From Scyliorhinus canicula (Eukaryota), in assembly GCF_902713615.1 (NCBI RefSeq), contig NC_052149.1:212329623-212393622 (forward strand): DNA of 64,000 nucleotides, read 5' to 3'. Position 1 is the first letter of the stretch; each line of letters begins with the position of its first letter. A program made the translations under genes and the position numbers. A model generated the notes under the pieces. It was not told the origin of the DNA, did not search any database, and saw nothing but the letters and a program-made list of their open reading frames with translations. Shown here in pieces: positions 1 through 12,199 of the stretch.

Positions 1-600
1 AGTACTTTTGAAGTGTAGTCACTTTTTTTTTTAAATGTTGGAAACACAGCAGCCCTTTAGTGTACAGTAAGCTCCCATGAACAGCAGTGAAATAATGACT
101 AAATAATCTGTTTGTGATGTTAAGGACAAATATTGGACAGGACACAGGCGGTAGGGCACAGGACACAGGGGCCTCACGGTAGCATGGTGGTTAGCATCAA
201 TGCTTCACAGCTCCAGGGTCCCAGGTTCGATTCCCGGCTGGGTCACTGTCTGTGCGGAGTCTGCACGTCCTCCCCGTGTGTGCGTGGGTTTCCTCCGGGT
301 GCTCCGGTTTCCTCCCACAGTCCAAAGATGTGCGGGTTAGGTGGATTGGCCATGCTAAATTGCCCGTAGTGTAAGGTTAATGGGGGGATTGTTGGGTTAC
401 GTGGGTTTAAGTAGGGTGATCATTGCTCGGCACAATATCGAGGGCCGAATGGCCTGTTCTGTGCTGTACTGTTCTATGTTCTATGTAACTCTGTTGCTCT
501 TTAAAATAGTGCCTTGGGATATTTTACAACCACCCAAGAAAGCCTCAGTTTAACATCTCAATTGAAAGATGGATAGTTCTTGCTATATTATTGCCTGAAG
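1..600 (-). mobile_element. Degraded Deu-domain SINE (SacSINE1/AmnSINE-like), interrupted by an HE1 SINE
   Basis: Reverse complement of the motifs in the forward copy at ~60850-61275 (..gcagcc..agctccca..ataatgac..aatattggacaggacac; cctcagtttaacatctca..gaaag). Confidence 0.55.
168..486 (+). mobile_element. HE1-type V-SINE, full length
   Basis: tRNA-like head with B box (GGTTCGATTCC), V-domain (GGTTTCCTCCCACAGTCCAAAGATGTGCGGGTTAGGTGGATTGGCCATGCTAAATTGCCC), CR1/HER1-type tail ending (TTCTATG)n. A near-identical reverse copy lies at 30121-30465. Confidence 0.9.
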
Positions 601-2486
601 AAACTGCACAACTGTATAGGCTACTCCCAATTGTACAGTTCCCATTTTATTAAAAATATTCCTCAGAAATTGTTGAATCAGTCAAAGCAACATGCATGAA
701 ACAGCAGGTAGAAAACAATGAACAAGGTTTATTAGTGAACAATCAAAAGCTCCACTCCCTGACCTGCACCCAGCTCAGCGTTTTTAGTGGAAGCCCCGCC
801 CCTGTTACCAGGGAAGTTCACATTCACAGAGGCCACGTGGAATTGGATCATCTTTATTCTTTGACCTCTGGGGGTTACAACAGAAATATTTGCAACTATT
901 GTGTCTTTCTTAAATAGCTTGGGTACCTCAAGTCTCAAGGGCGTCTAGTAATACCAACATGTCCTGGTGTAAAAATCATGGTTCCAGATTTTCTAAAGTG
1001 ACATGCAGATGTAACTGTAGATGGCTTCTCTTTCACTTGCTGGTGCCATAAAATGTTCTCATTAATTGTACCAGGCTCTGAATGGGCCCAGAGATTACCT
1101 GGAAGAAAGGCATGATTCATCTATCAGGAGGAAGTTGAAAGGGAGCCAGAAAGGGAAAAATAATCAGTAAGGAGAGCAGTGTTTTGAAAATAACCTTTCC
1201 CTTTATGATGTTTTTGAGTCCATCTTAACTAGAGTCTTTGCCGCTCCAGCAGTGTAGGCCAACGCGCCTGTGCTTGAAGAGTGCCTTCAGTAAAAAGATA
1301 TGTAATTGGCCCAGAACAAAAACCAGAAAATCCCAGTGTCAAATATGGACAAATGACTGGAATTATACCCATTTCCACAGAGCTTTGGGGAGTCCACATT
1401 GATGGTTCCACTGGGATCTTTCGGAGCGCAAACTTGATTGATTACCCTATAATTCTATTTGCGCCAATTTGTTTAACGCCGATCCAAGCTAAGCTTCCAC
1501 AAATCCCTCTACCTATCCTTTTGATTTGCTCCCAATTAACAGAAATCTGGGGATGCTATGGAGGACACAATGATCACAGTTGCTATACCAGAGGAATACA
1601 TACCAAAAGGATTAAATGTAACTAGTAAAACATTTTTTATTACTTAAAACAGTCACAAGTCCTGAGATCTTAATGGACCCAGGGATGAGTTTGAGGTCTA
1701 TGCAAAAATCAATAACTTCAATATAAGGGAGGCAGAATCTGTGGACATCCCAAAAGCCACAAAACAAAGAGTCATGGGGAGTGCTCAGAAAGAGTAAGTT
1801 TCTGAGGCACTGACAATGGGAGAGTCAATCATCCCTCATTGGACACTAGGAATGTACTGGTAGATTAGAAGTAGGCCAACAATGCACATATTTAAAAATG
1901 ATTGCAAAACAGATAGGGACAATTACATCTATAATGGAACAGATGATCAAGAATAGATCTGAGGATTATCTGCTCAATAATCCAATAAACATGAGGGCAG
2001 AATATCCTGCGACAAACTTCATCCACTTTGAGGAAGTGACATCACAAGTAGAGAGCCCAATGACATGGCACACCCAGACTCCAAAGGTTGCATCCAAAAT
2101 ACTTCATAAAACACAAGCTGAAGTGATTCAGTAATAAAAGGGGAATGGATCAAAAAATGGTAACTAGGCATTAGGAGGAATAATTTTGTTTAGAGCATGG
2201 AGGAGTGGGGGGGGGGGGGGGAAGTAAAGAGTACTGAGCAGTCCTAGTGCTCAGCGTTTATGACCACAACTGTTCTAATTTGGGTAAATATCTCGTATTA
2301 AGAAACACAATGCCAAGTGGTCAAATGTTCAAGTAGTGGAAATTAGAAGGGACATTGGAACTAGTAGTGCCAAAATTCCAGATTGAAATCAGTCAATACA
2401 CATATGGGCAAATAATACCAGGTGAAGTTTATTGTAGACAAGTGCAAACAATTGCCTATAGGAAGGCGACATAGCAAACACACTAC

Positions 2487-4213
2487 TGTTTCCAATTGGC
2501 ACCGGAGATGCCAATAATGTTGCTCTTTTAACTGGATACTGATGACAATTATTAATGATGATATTGCTTTTCAGAGTCGCCAGGTATCAAATGATACCAC
2601 CACAAGTTTTACCGGATATCGATCAAAGACCAAACAACCAGTTAGTTAGTTCAAGCTCAATGATAGTTTATTTACACACAAGAATTACTTCGACATACAA
2701 CAAAAGCACTACAAGCTAAATTACACCTAACACTACAACAACCTGTACTGAACTTCAGGCACCCGGCTTTATGCAGAGGAACAAGGCCTTTGTTCAGATC
2801 TTGCGTGGCTGGGTCTGGAGAAGTGACTTAGTTTCTGCTGGGCTCATCCGTCTGATAGCGATTGTTGGTCTTGAACCTGTCTTCTGGTCGTGATGCTGCT
2901 CTTGGTTTTAGGAGTAGGTCGGGGCCAAGAGAGACTGAACACATGGCAGTGTCTCTCTTTATCCTTCTGGGGTTTCACACTCTTTTGGGTGGTCCTTAGC
3001 TTTGGACCCAATAATTCAGCAGGCTTCAATTACTGCCTACGATTTTGGCCAATTAGGGCACGGTGTTGCTCGTTGTGCTTTACACTTAATTTGCTCTGTT
3101 TAATCACCTTGCTCTAGAGTCGCCAGGTATCTTTATGATACCACCACAAGGTTCAAGTGCTGATCAATAACTCAATACACCAGTTAGTAAGGTTCAAATC
3201 AAAACACATTTATTATACACAGTCAATCGCTACTCATGCATAAAATACTACTCACTAGACTATTTCTAACACAAAGGCCAATACTTGGCTTTGGAAACTG
3301 GCCCACCAGGTCAGGGGAACAAATGGCCTTTCATTCGTCCAAGTCTGCAGGCTTGCAGCTGGTATGGACTAAGGGTTAGGAGCACCCATCTCGTAGCGTG
3401 CGTTGACTGGACACTTACTTGGTTGGTGCAGCTGCTAGGCAGGTCACGGTCAGTTGTTTCGAGCTGCTGAGACCCTGCCAAGAGATCGAACTGAACTTGG
3501 GGACTCTATTTTATAGTCCCCAGGGGCTTCGCGCCTTTTTGGGTGGACCCCGTACCTGGTTCCAATTGATTGGACCATGTTCCAATCATTTGATTTGATT
3601 TCCCCAATACTGGGGATGTTCCCTGATCGCTGGGCGGTTCCCAAGTGTCCGTTGGCCTTCCTTTGTCTTGGCTCCCGCTGGCGCCGAGGTGTCTGGTTTG
3701 GTCTTGATTACTCTTAATGTTACCAATTGTTCCCGGGGATCGCTCATTACTATGCAGGTGGATTTTGGTTGAGTCTGTCTGGGTTCTGCAAGTTCTAATA
3801 TACAGGAAACTTTGCACCCGCTTGTTTTCCTGTCCTTGGCTGAATTTCCCTGCATTCTTAGCGGCTTCCATTTTGGAGTCGGGAATTGGCCAACCCAGGT
3901 GGCTACAGCGGGTGCCTTGATGGCAGGGCGTGTCCTGAGCGGTCATTGACCTTGCCGTTTTGGGCTCCCTGAGGTAGTGGCGCCGATGAGTCTGTTACTG
4001 TATCTGTTACCAGAGTACAGGTCTTTTGTTCTGGGGAAATAGGCCATTAGAATGTAAAGTAGCTGGGGGTTTCAATAGCGTCTAGTTATCTGAGTTGCCA
4101 ATATACACAAGCTCTGAGTGTCGGAGTCCTGGGTTGACCATATTTCCCATGGTCCTTTGCATGTGGCCATATTTCCCAGGATCCTTTGTAAGTGGCCATC
4201 CCAGATGGCTACA
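2487..4213 (-). mobile_element. Solo LTR (Ty3/gypsy-type, ~880 bp) containing a nested related LTR
   Basis: TG...CA ends, perfect 4-bp TSD CTAC (2483-2486 / 4214-4217), minus-strand AATAAA. Shares segments (AGAGTCGCCAGGTATC, GGCTACA end) with the inner LTR. Confidence 0.8.
3064..3907 (-). mobile_element. Nested solo LTR (844 bp)
   Basis: TG...CA ends, near-perfect TSD ACGG/GCGG, minus-strand TATAAAA (~3508-3514) and AATAAA (~3208-3214). Homologous to the outer LTR. Confidence 0.8.
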
Positions 4214-4295
4214 CTACGAATTGTCTTGAAACAGCAACGGATAAGGTGGTAATGGACCTAGAAGTCTTAATAGAATCAATACCAAGTGAAAGTGT

Positions 4296-4585
4296 GGGTG
4301 GCAGTGGTTAGCTCAGTTGGTGCACAGCACCAGGGACCCAGTTTCGATTCCTGGCTTGGGTCACCATCTGTGCAGGGTCTGCACATTGTCCTAGTGTCTG
4401 CCTGGGTTTCTTCCAGGTGCTCCAGTTTCCTCCCACAAGTCCCGAAAGACGTGCTCGTTAGGTGAATTGGACACTGATTTCTCCCTCAGTGTACCCAAAC
4501 AGTAGTGTGGCGACTAGGGCATTTTTACAGCAACTTTATTGCAGTGTTAATTTAAGCCTACTTGTGACAATAATAAAAATTACTA
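4296..4585 (+). mobile_element. V-SINE variant with the GTGGCGACTAGGG...CTTGTGACAATAA tail
   Basis: tRNA head and V-domain joined to a different tail. Related copies lie at ~26310-26550 (-) and ~38815-39012 (+). Confidence 0.75.
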
Positions 4586-5675
4586 TGTTATAGAACGTTG
4601 AACAGCACAGCCAAAGCTATAGAATAAAAAAGTCGATGAAGTGGTGACTAAACCATTAAGTACGCTGGTAAGATGACACGGGTAGTGTTTGTAGTTCTGG
4701 ACACCAAGTATAACAGAGACATTGAAACAGTGCAGAGAAGAGCCGCAAGGAACATCACTACCAAAACGTCCGACTGAGTTGATCGTTTATGGATTAAGTT
4801 AGGGAATTTTTTTTTTTTTTTTTTTTTTAAAATGACTATATATTATATTATATACCAGAAGTAGGGAGACAAAAAAAATCATTTTTTTTTAAGATAGCAG
4901 GAGATTCATCTCTACAAAGTGACAAAGTAAAAACTCTGGAAACATTTGAACACGAAATATTTGAACACGTATTGAGAGCCCTTTAAGATTTTTCTAAAGA
5001 ATGAATTTAGGTAAATTAAATACTTATCTCCACCATAATTACCCTGTGATCATCAGATTCTGGCCCTTGTGGTGTAACACTGCCAGAAAGGACTGAATCT
5101 ACAGGGCAGTCTAGAACTCATTGATTTGCTGCCCTCTATAGGAGGAATGACATAATGACCCAGATCTTCCAGTCTCTGGATAGTCAGGAGACAGAAGAGG
5201 CCAAGATACGCTGCAGAATGCCCTCAAATCTCAATGCAGTGACTGTGGGAATTGTAAACTTTTGATGGAAGGCCACTCCCTGGGGCCCACCAAAAAGAAT
5301 ATCCAACTCAGAGTCAGAATTCGAAGGGCTCTTACCAGAATAGTTACCCAGGAAATGCTAGATTAAAACCAGTTTAAAAGCTAGGTAACTATGCCACTCT
5401 CTCTTGCATCCTCCTCTTCTTCCCACCGCACCCTTCCTGGTCCCCAAATCCAGTGACCGCCCGACTTGCCTACTCCAACCCAACCAGCCCAACCACCCCA
5501 TCCCCTGAGCCAGCCTCACTTACCTTCTCTCAAGGGAGGTTTGAGACATTTAAAATTCTAAAGCTACTGCTGTAAAAAGGCAACATGGTTTCTGAGCGGT
5601 GTGGATTCTCTGCATTGTTCCCTCCGAGGCAGTTTGGAATGACACTCCATCAAAAAGGACTGCCCAGAAATCATA

Positions 5676-5797
5676 GGGCCGGATTCTCCTGCTGCATTCA
5701 CTCAGCGACCGTTCCGGCCCGAGGTCAATGGAGTTTTCCATCATCTGCCTCTCGCCCATGGCGTTCATGCGGCAGGCAGGGTGGAAGAATCCAACCC
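5676..5797. mobile_element. 122-bp PIF/Harbinger-like MITE
   Basis: TIRs GGGCCGGATTCTCC / GGAAGAATCCAACCC, 3-bp TSD ATA, inserted at the tail of a SINE. Confidence 0.7.
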
Positions 5798-6096
5798 ATA
5801 GAATCATAACATTACAGCAGTGCAGAAGGAGCCCATTCAGCCATCGAGACTGCACAACACTCAGGCCCACACCACTACCCTATCCTGGTAACCCCACCTA
5901 AACTTTCTGGACAGAAAGGGGGCAATTTATCATGGCCAAACCACCCAACCTGTACACTTTTGGACCGTGGGAGGAAACCGGAGCACCCAACGAAAACCCA
6001 CGCAGATACAAACTCCACAGAGTTACCCAGGGCCAGAATTGAACTGGGGTCCCTGGTGCTGTGATGCAGCAGTCCTAACCACTGTGCCACCATGCC
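5798..6096 (-). mobile_element. HE1-type V-SINE
   Basis: Reverse-complement V-domain and tRNA head. Confidence 0.8.
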
Positions 6097-6239
6097 ACGC
6101 CTATCACAGGAAGGTATGTATTTAATTTTCAGGGTCAGAAGTAAGGATTCCATTGCTGAAGGAAGATTCAGGCCAAATCCTTTACTGAGCTAAAATGCTG
6201 ATATGTCAATCTCTTTTTTTAAAGTAATTATATCTTTTT

Positions 6240-6468
6240 TTTTTAAATATAAATTTAGAGTACCCAATTCATTTTTATTCCAATTAAGGGGCAATTTATC
6301 GTGGCTAATCCACCTAGCGTGCCCCTCCTTGGGTTGTGGGGATGAGACCCACTCAAACATGGGGAGAATGTGCAAACTCCACATGAATACAGTGACCTGG
6401 GACTGGGATCAAACCTGGGTCCTCGGTGCTATGAAGCAGCAGTGCTAACCATTGTGTCAGCATGCCGC
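6240..6468 (-). mobile_element. Short-tail V-SINE (tail TTAATTGGAAAAAATGAATTGGGTACTCTAAATTT-An)
   Basis: Same subfamily recurs at ~26815-27030, 35070-35280, 40230-40450, 42301-42525, 43048-43275, 44379-44605, 48025-48253 and 61938-62110. Confidence 0.8.
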
Positions 6469-6619
6469 CAAATCTGTCAATCTCTTGGACTGTTCTTATG
6501 TCAGAAAACTGAGTTGAAGCCTCACTGGTACAGGCTTGAGGGAGCAATTTATGTTGAATCTACAGAGCATTATTGAGGGAATACATACATAACTGAGGGA
6601 ATTGCACTTATACAGAATC

Positions 6620-6965
6620 CTTCATAGAGTACCAGAGGTCTTAAAATGCTCAACGGTCAATTAGTTTTGAAATGTAGTTACCATTGTAATGGAGGCAACA
6701 CAACAGCTCATTTATTCACAGCAAGCTCCCACACACCGTTGTGATAAAGAAGAGATAAATTTCACACTAGGCACTGGAAGATAACATCCCTGCTCCTGTC
6801 TTTGAAATGCTGCCTTTATGTCCACCTTAGTGCTGAAGGGGCCTCAGTTTAACATCCCTTCTGTAAAACGGTACCTCTAACAATGCAGATCTTCCTCAAT
6901 GATGTATATGGGTGTCAGCCAGCCTATTTGTTGTGCTCAAGGATCCAGAGTAGCATTTAAATCCA
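6620..6965 (-). mobile_element. Degraded Deu-domain SINE
   Basis: Reverse-strand similarity to the copy at ~60850-61275. Confidence 0.55.
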
Positions 6966-7049
6966 GAAAAGATTATATATCTGAGCTACTAAAATATGAA
7001 GCATTGATTAAAAACAAAAACAGTACAGTATGTGAGCACCCAAGAGACT

Positions 7050-8250
7050 TTCAGTATTTAGAAATAGGGGAACATAAGTTGGCTATTTAGCCCAAGTCTG
7101 TTCCGCCATTCAATTAGATCACAGCTGATGTGCACCTTAATTTAGTTTATCTAGGTTAATTCCATACTCCATAATACCATTGGCTAACAAATTTTTATCC
7201 CCCGACCTCAGCCCAATGCCTCACCCTAACCCCGTTACCCCACATCTTTGGACACAAGAGGAAATTTTGCAAGGCTAATCCACCTAATCTGCACATCTTT
7301 GGACTGTGGGAGGAAACCAGCGCACCCGGAGTAAACACAAGCAGGCATGGGAAGAAAGGGCAATCTCTACACAGTAACCCAAGTTTGGAATTAAACCCAG
7401 GTCCCTGACACTGTAAGGCAGCAATGCTAACCTGTGCCACAGTCTTGAAAACTTCTTTACCTGGCTTTGAGGGAATGTGTTCCAATTTTCCATTATCCTT
7501 ATAGTGCTCAATGATTTCTAAAAGGTTAATGTTAAAGCTGGTGCCTTTTTGTTCAGGATTCCCCTCAGAACACATATGTGCTCTCTTCCAAATCAAGTTT
7601 GTGCAACCGGTTAATTGAACACTAAAAAGGTGTAAATTCAGCATAACCTACTTGCTCTTGCACGTGCCCCTTAATAAAACCCAGAACACGATACACACTT
7701 TATTAACCGCTCTCTCCACTGGTCTCACCACCTTCAATGATTATTCAAACATTCACCTAGGTACCTCTGCTCCAGCACCCCTTAAGACTTTTACCCCTTA
7801 TTTTATATTGTCTCTCCCATATTCTTGCTACAAAATGCATCAAGTCGCATTTCCCCGCATTGAACTTCATCTGCCACCTAACTGTCCACACACCAACTCG
7901 TCCATGTACCTTAAAATACTTCCCAAGTATAACATCCTCCTCCAGCCTGAAAATTATTTATTGACCATTACTCTACGCTTCCTATTCTTCTGCCAATTTT
8001 GTATCAGTGTTGCTACTGTACTGAATGTTGCATGAACATAATGTTTTTCACAGTTTGAGAGAATCCTTTCTGAATGTCCATGTATACCACATTGATAGCA
8101 ATACCCTCATCAGCCCTATCTGATACCTCCTCAGCAAGTTAGTTAAACATGATCTCCTCTTCAGAAATCCATGCTTACAATTAATCAACTCATTTTTCCA
8201 TGTGACTACTAATTCAATCCCGAATAATTGTTTCTGGAAGCTTTTCACTA
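7050..8250 (-). mobile_element. CR1 LINE RT/3' fragments with an HE1 SINE inserted (~7200-7440)
   Basis: Translation HGFLKRRSCLTNL...DF, a CR1 3'-end-like segment, and a V-domain at ~7275-7330. Confidence 0.65.
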
Positions 8251-9640
8251 TCCTTTAAGTAAATATACATTTTCTTTTCAAAAAACCAACACACGCAAAC
8301 TATAATAATATAGTCCTTTATATCAAAAAATCTTTCAGGTCAGTTTGTTTTTCCTTTGGAAGGTAACTCAACGATTTATCCCAATTTTTAACAACATCCT
8401 CATTTTCCAATTTTATTTGAGGTATGTCAAATTCATAGTCATCTGGATTTGGTTTGTCAGAGTTAGAATAATTAAAACCTCCTCCTTTTTCTCTCCTTGC
8501 CTTTCAAAGTACTTTTAAGCATATTCACATGACACACTTGGTGAGTCTTCCTTCCATCTGGTGTTTTTAAACCACATAATTCACCTCACTTAATTTCCTC
8601 CTCTCAATCTGATAAGGTCCACAAAATTTTGCTTTTAAAATGTTTATCTACCACGGGTAACAACACTAAAACACTATCTCCACTGACAAAACTACGAACT
8701 TTGGATTTCTTGTCCGCTACCCGTTTCATCACATTTTGTGCAACTTTTAAATGTTGTCAATTCACCTGCTCTACTTAATAGTTCCCTAAAATTTGACACT
8801 TAAATCCAATAATGTAATTTCCGATTTCTCACTCACCAATTTTTCCTTAATCAATTTAAGTGGTTCTCTTACCTCATGACCAAAAATTACTTCAAAAGGA
8901 CTGAATTTGGTTGACTCATTAGGTGCAGCCCTAATTGCGAACAGTACAAATGGAATTCCTTTATCCCAATCCTCTGGATAATCATGACAATAAGCCCTCA
9001 TTGTCTTTAATGTCTGATGCCACCTTTCTAAACTCCTGATTCTGGATGGCACACAGTTGATTTAAATTGTTTTATTCCATAACTTATTTGAATAACCTGG
9101 AGGTAAAATTTGATCCTTGATCCGATTGTATTTCTGTGGATAGTCCATATCCAGTAAAGAATTTAAGTAACTCCTCCACAATCTTTTTAGCTGTAATATT
9201 ACATACTGGAATGGCCTCTGGAAACCTAGTAGACACATCCATTTATAGTCAAAAGATATTGATTACCACTTTTGTTTTAGGAAGCGGTCCTACACAATCA
9301 ATTAGGACCCTTGTAAAAAGTTCCTCAAATGCTGGATTGGGTATTAAGGCCGCTGGTTTTATCACTGCTTGAGGTTTCCCTATCGCTTGACATGTGTGAC
9401 ATGATTGACAAAAATTAACTACATCTTTATATAGTCCAGGCCAATAAAAATGTGTATTATAGCTTGAATTTTCCTTATTCCCAAATGCCTTCCCACTGGT
9501 ACCTCATGTGCAACTCGCAACACCTCCTTTCTATACCCTACCAGCAATACTACTTGATGAACTTCTGCCCACTTTTCATCCACCTGCATATGTAAATGTC
9601 TCCATTTTCTCATCAATTCATCACTTTTACGGTAATAACA

Positions 9641-10209
9641 CTGGTCGAAAAGGCCTTTGACCCCCACGGTCTGTGCAGCACCTTTTCTTGCCTGAGCTGA
9701 GGTCACACGGGGTTAATATACAGAAGGGAAGTGGAATAGTTTGCATTCGCATTTATATATACCCAATCAATTCTGTATGCATCACAATTCATAACATGCA
9801 TCTTCAATACCATAAATGGCTACAAGTTAGCTCCATAGCCTCTAATTGGTAATTTGCCTTACCCAATCAATTCATTTCATAGATAATAGTTACATAAAGT
9901 CATGGGGTCAATAGTCCGGCCAGCCACGTTGAAACATGTCCTTACTCATTCCTTGCTAGTGCCTTGATTTGGGGCCCCTTTGTCAGTTACAAATAACTAA
10001 GAATACAGACATTGGGCAAAGGTTGCCAATAGCCCATTGTCTCTCCGGACGCATCTGATTGGGATCACGTTGTTTTGCACAAAGCTTTACTACATCAGCA
10101 GAAGACACCGATAATAACATAGGGTCAAGAACATTGACCGGAGTCTATTTTATATCAGGCGGCATCCATTTTGTATCTTCTGTACTCCGTTCGGAATTCT
10201 ACCTCTTCT
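9641..10209 (-). repeat. ERV 3' LTR, with ~70 bp missing at the U5 end
   Basis: Direct repeat of 15597-16159, about 8% substitutions by hand count. Preceded on the minus strand by the polypurine tract ACAGGGGGGAC (~10210-10220). Minus-strand TATA box ATATATAAAT at 9751-9760. Confidence 0.9.
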
Positions 10210-10307
10210 GTCCCCCCTGTTGGTCCTTGGACATCCAGATGTCCCAAGCTGACCACGTCTCCAGTTGGGCTCTTCACATTCATCTCGATATTTCCCCATC
10301 CAGGACG

Positions 10308-12100
10308 TCATGGTCGTTGATGCAGGGGGATGGGCACGTTGGAGTGGTCTCTTTGCAGTAGTAATTCATCATAGACATCCTTGTTGTGCACGGGCGCGAC
10401 TGGTAGGACCTGTCCCATTATCTTAGCACAACATAGCTTTACTATGCTTAGAAGACAGCAAAAAAGCAAACACATAACCGCAACTATCATCGAATGCATG
10501 ATCCATTTTTTCCATCCTCCTCCAAAAGGCCACTGGAACTAGACACCCCCCCCCCCCCCCCCCCCCCCCCCCAACCCCCAGGGCCTTGCTTAAAGTCATT
10601 GAGTTGTGTTTTTATTGCGTCAATAGCTTCTGTGATATTGTAAGACTCATCTGTAACATGGGTCATACATTTATCTCCCACGATGGTACTTACACCCCCT
10701 TGCTGGACTAGTACTGTATAATGGGTCCGCTTGGTGTACAATCTCAACTCAGACAACTCCCAGTTAACGACCTCTAACCCCTTTTGAGTATTATCACCCA
10801 GAATGGTCAGGCTGCACACAAGATAATTCATATTTTTAACACTGATCACCCCGCTGATCCTCCCACCAATAGGGAACTAAGGAGCACGTAGCTGAGTGAT
10901 GAGCCTAAAGTAACAGGATCTCTCCAATCAGTGCAGAATTCTGTGCCAATTGCCCAAGTCACTATTCTCCTACAAATATGACCCGCTTGAGTGCATGGGA
11001 TGGTGAGTGGCCCTATTGCTCCCACCACAAAAAGGACCAGGAGGGTAGGTGTCGCTGTGGTGAATGTACCGTTGAGGAGAAACATAAATCCCTCCTTAGC
11101 TCGGAAACATTTAATGGCTCGGTTATTGGTCTGTACGAACTGTGCATACCACCAATTGCGGGGGTTGTTTGATTTCCCATTAAAACCGATCAATTGGTAA
11201 GAATCAAATGGGTACACCCAGGCAGCGGAGATTACATGGGTTCCGTTACAATGGCGACAAATAAACTGTCTCCGCGCTGCGACGTTAAAGCATCTTTTCT
11301 TATCGCAAGTACAGGCGAACTGGCCCCGATGTATTCGACAATGTTGATGAGCACACTGTTTCTGTACACATGTGGAATTTTTGGGGACAAGGGCATAGAC
11401 ACATCCCCATCCCTGCCCCGTAAAACATAGGGGATACTCCGTCTTCTCTGAACATCTTGTCCCTCCAGTCCCTGGCAAGGGGCTGGTTTAGCACACTGGG
11501 CTAAATCATTGGCTTTTAAAGCAGACCAAGGCAGGCCAGCTGCACGGTTCAATTCCCATACCAGCCTCCCTGAACAGACGCCGGAATGTGGCGACTAGGG
11601 GCTTTTCACAGTAACTTCATTGAAGCCTACTCGTGACAATAAGCGATTTTCATTTCATTTTCAAGTGGGATGCTTGGCATTTATTAGTTCCACTCATCTT
11701 CCTTATATGCTCCTACTATAGCTGCCTGTCAGACCCTGTGTGGGACAATCTGATGTGTCTGCAGTGTATAGTTAGAGGGGGGGTCCAACTTGGGGTGGCC
11801 ACAAACAAGGCCTGTACAGACTTGGCCAACGGGTAACACACAGACTGCTTTCCATACAATCGTATATGAGTTTTATAAAAAAGATTGTCTTCCAATCCCA
11901 TCACCCTAACACCCATGACAATACATATTAACGCGACTACATTCCTTAGAAGACTGGGGAAGCATCTTGCGTCCCATCCTTATGTCTATTCACCCCCTTA
12001 GCTTATCCTAAGCCAAGCAACGAGCACAAGGATCCCAATAGATACAAATTACATAATCAGAAATTGAACAATCTGGAAGATAAATACAAAAGCAAGCATC
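10308..12100 (-). pseudogene. env: ERV env (SU-TM), disrupted
   Basis: Cys-rich SU. TM with heptad/ISD-like ELSELRLYT..QQGGVSTIVGDKCMTHV (degenerate CX6CC), NIT glycan site and hydrophobic anchor MIVAVMCLLFCCLLSIV. Broken by frameshifts, a poly-C run and a SINE. Confidence 0.8.
11479..11662 (+). mobile_element. tRNA-derived SINE (GGGCTGGTTTAGC head, GTGGCGACTAGGGG tail) inserted in env
   Basis: Matches copies at 50399-50575, 50585-50746 (-) and 51095-51190 (-). A truncated copy sits in the ERV leader (~15157-15260). Confidence 0.85.
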
Positions 12101-12199
12101 AGTTCATCATCCAATACTTTGTGGCTGGGTTATCTGATTTAGACTCAAGCAACCACGTCCAATTTTCTCATCTGCGCATAACCGGTATTAATGGGAGAT

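Larger units (their letters stand above)
1850..4800 (+). mobile_element. Old CR1-type LINE RT remnants, host of the nested solo LTRs
   Basis: Degraded CR1 RT motifs (TNFIHFEEVT; gtgaagtttattgtagacaagtgc; gtagttctggacacc) on both sides of the LTR insertion. Confidence 0.5.

Noticed and set aside
175-240. tRNA-like sequences with A/B boxes, here and at many SINE heads
   Set aside because: They are SINE heads continuing into SINE bodies, not tRNA genes.
133-369. Recurrent 60-130 aa ORFs such as ..GFPPGAPVSSHSPKMCGLGGLAMLNCP
   Set aside because: Translations of HE1/V-SINE copies, not a peptide gene family.
935-1170. Minus-strand polypyrimidine tract plus AG followed by a 61-aa ORF, a possible exon of a neighbouring gene
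   Set aside because: No recognisable homology and no partner exon found.
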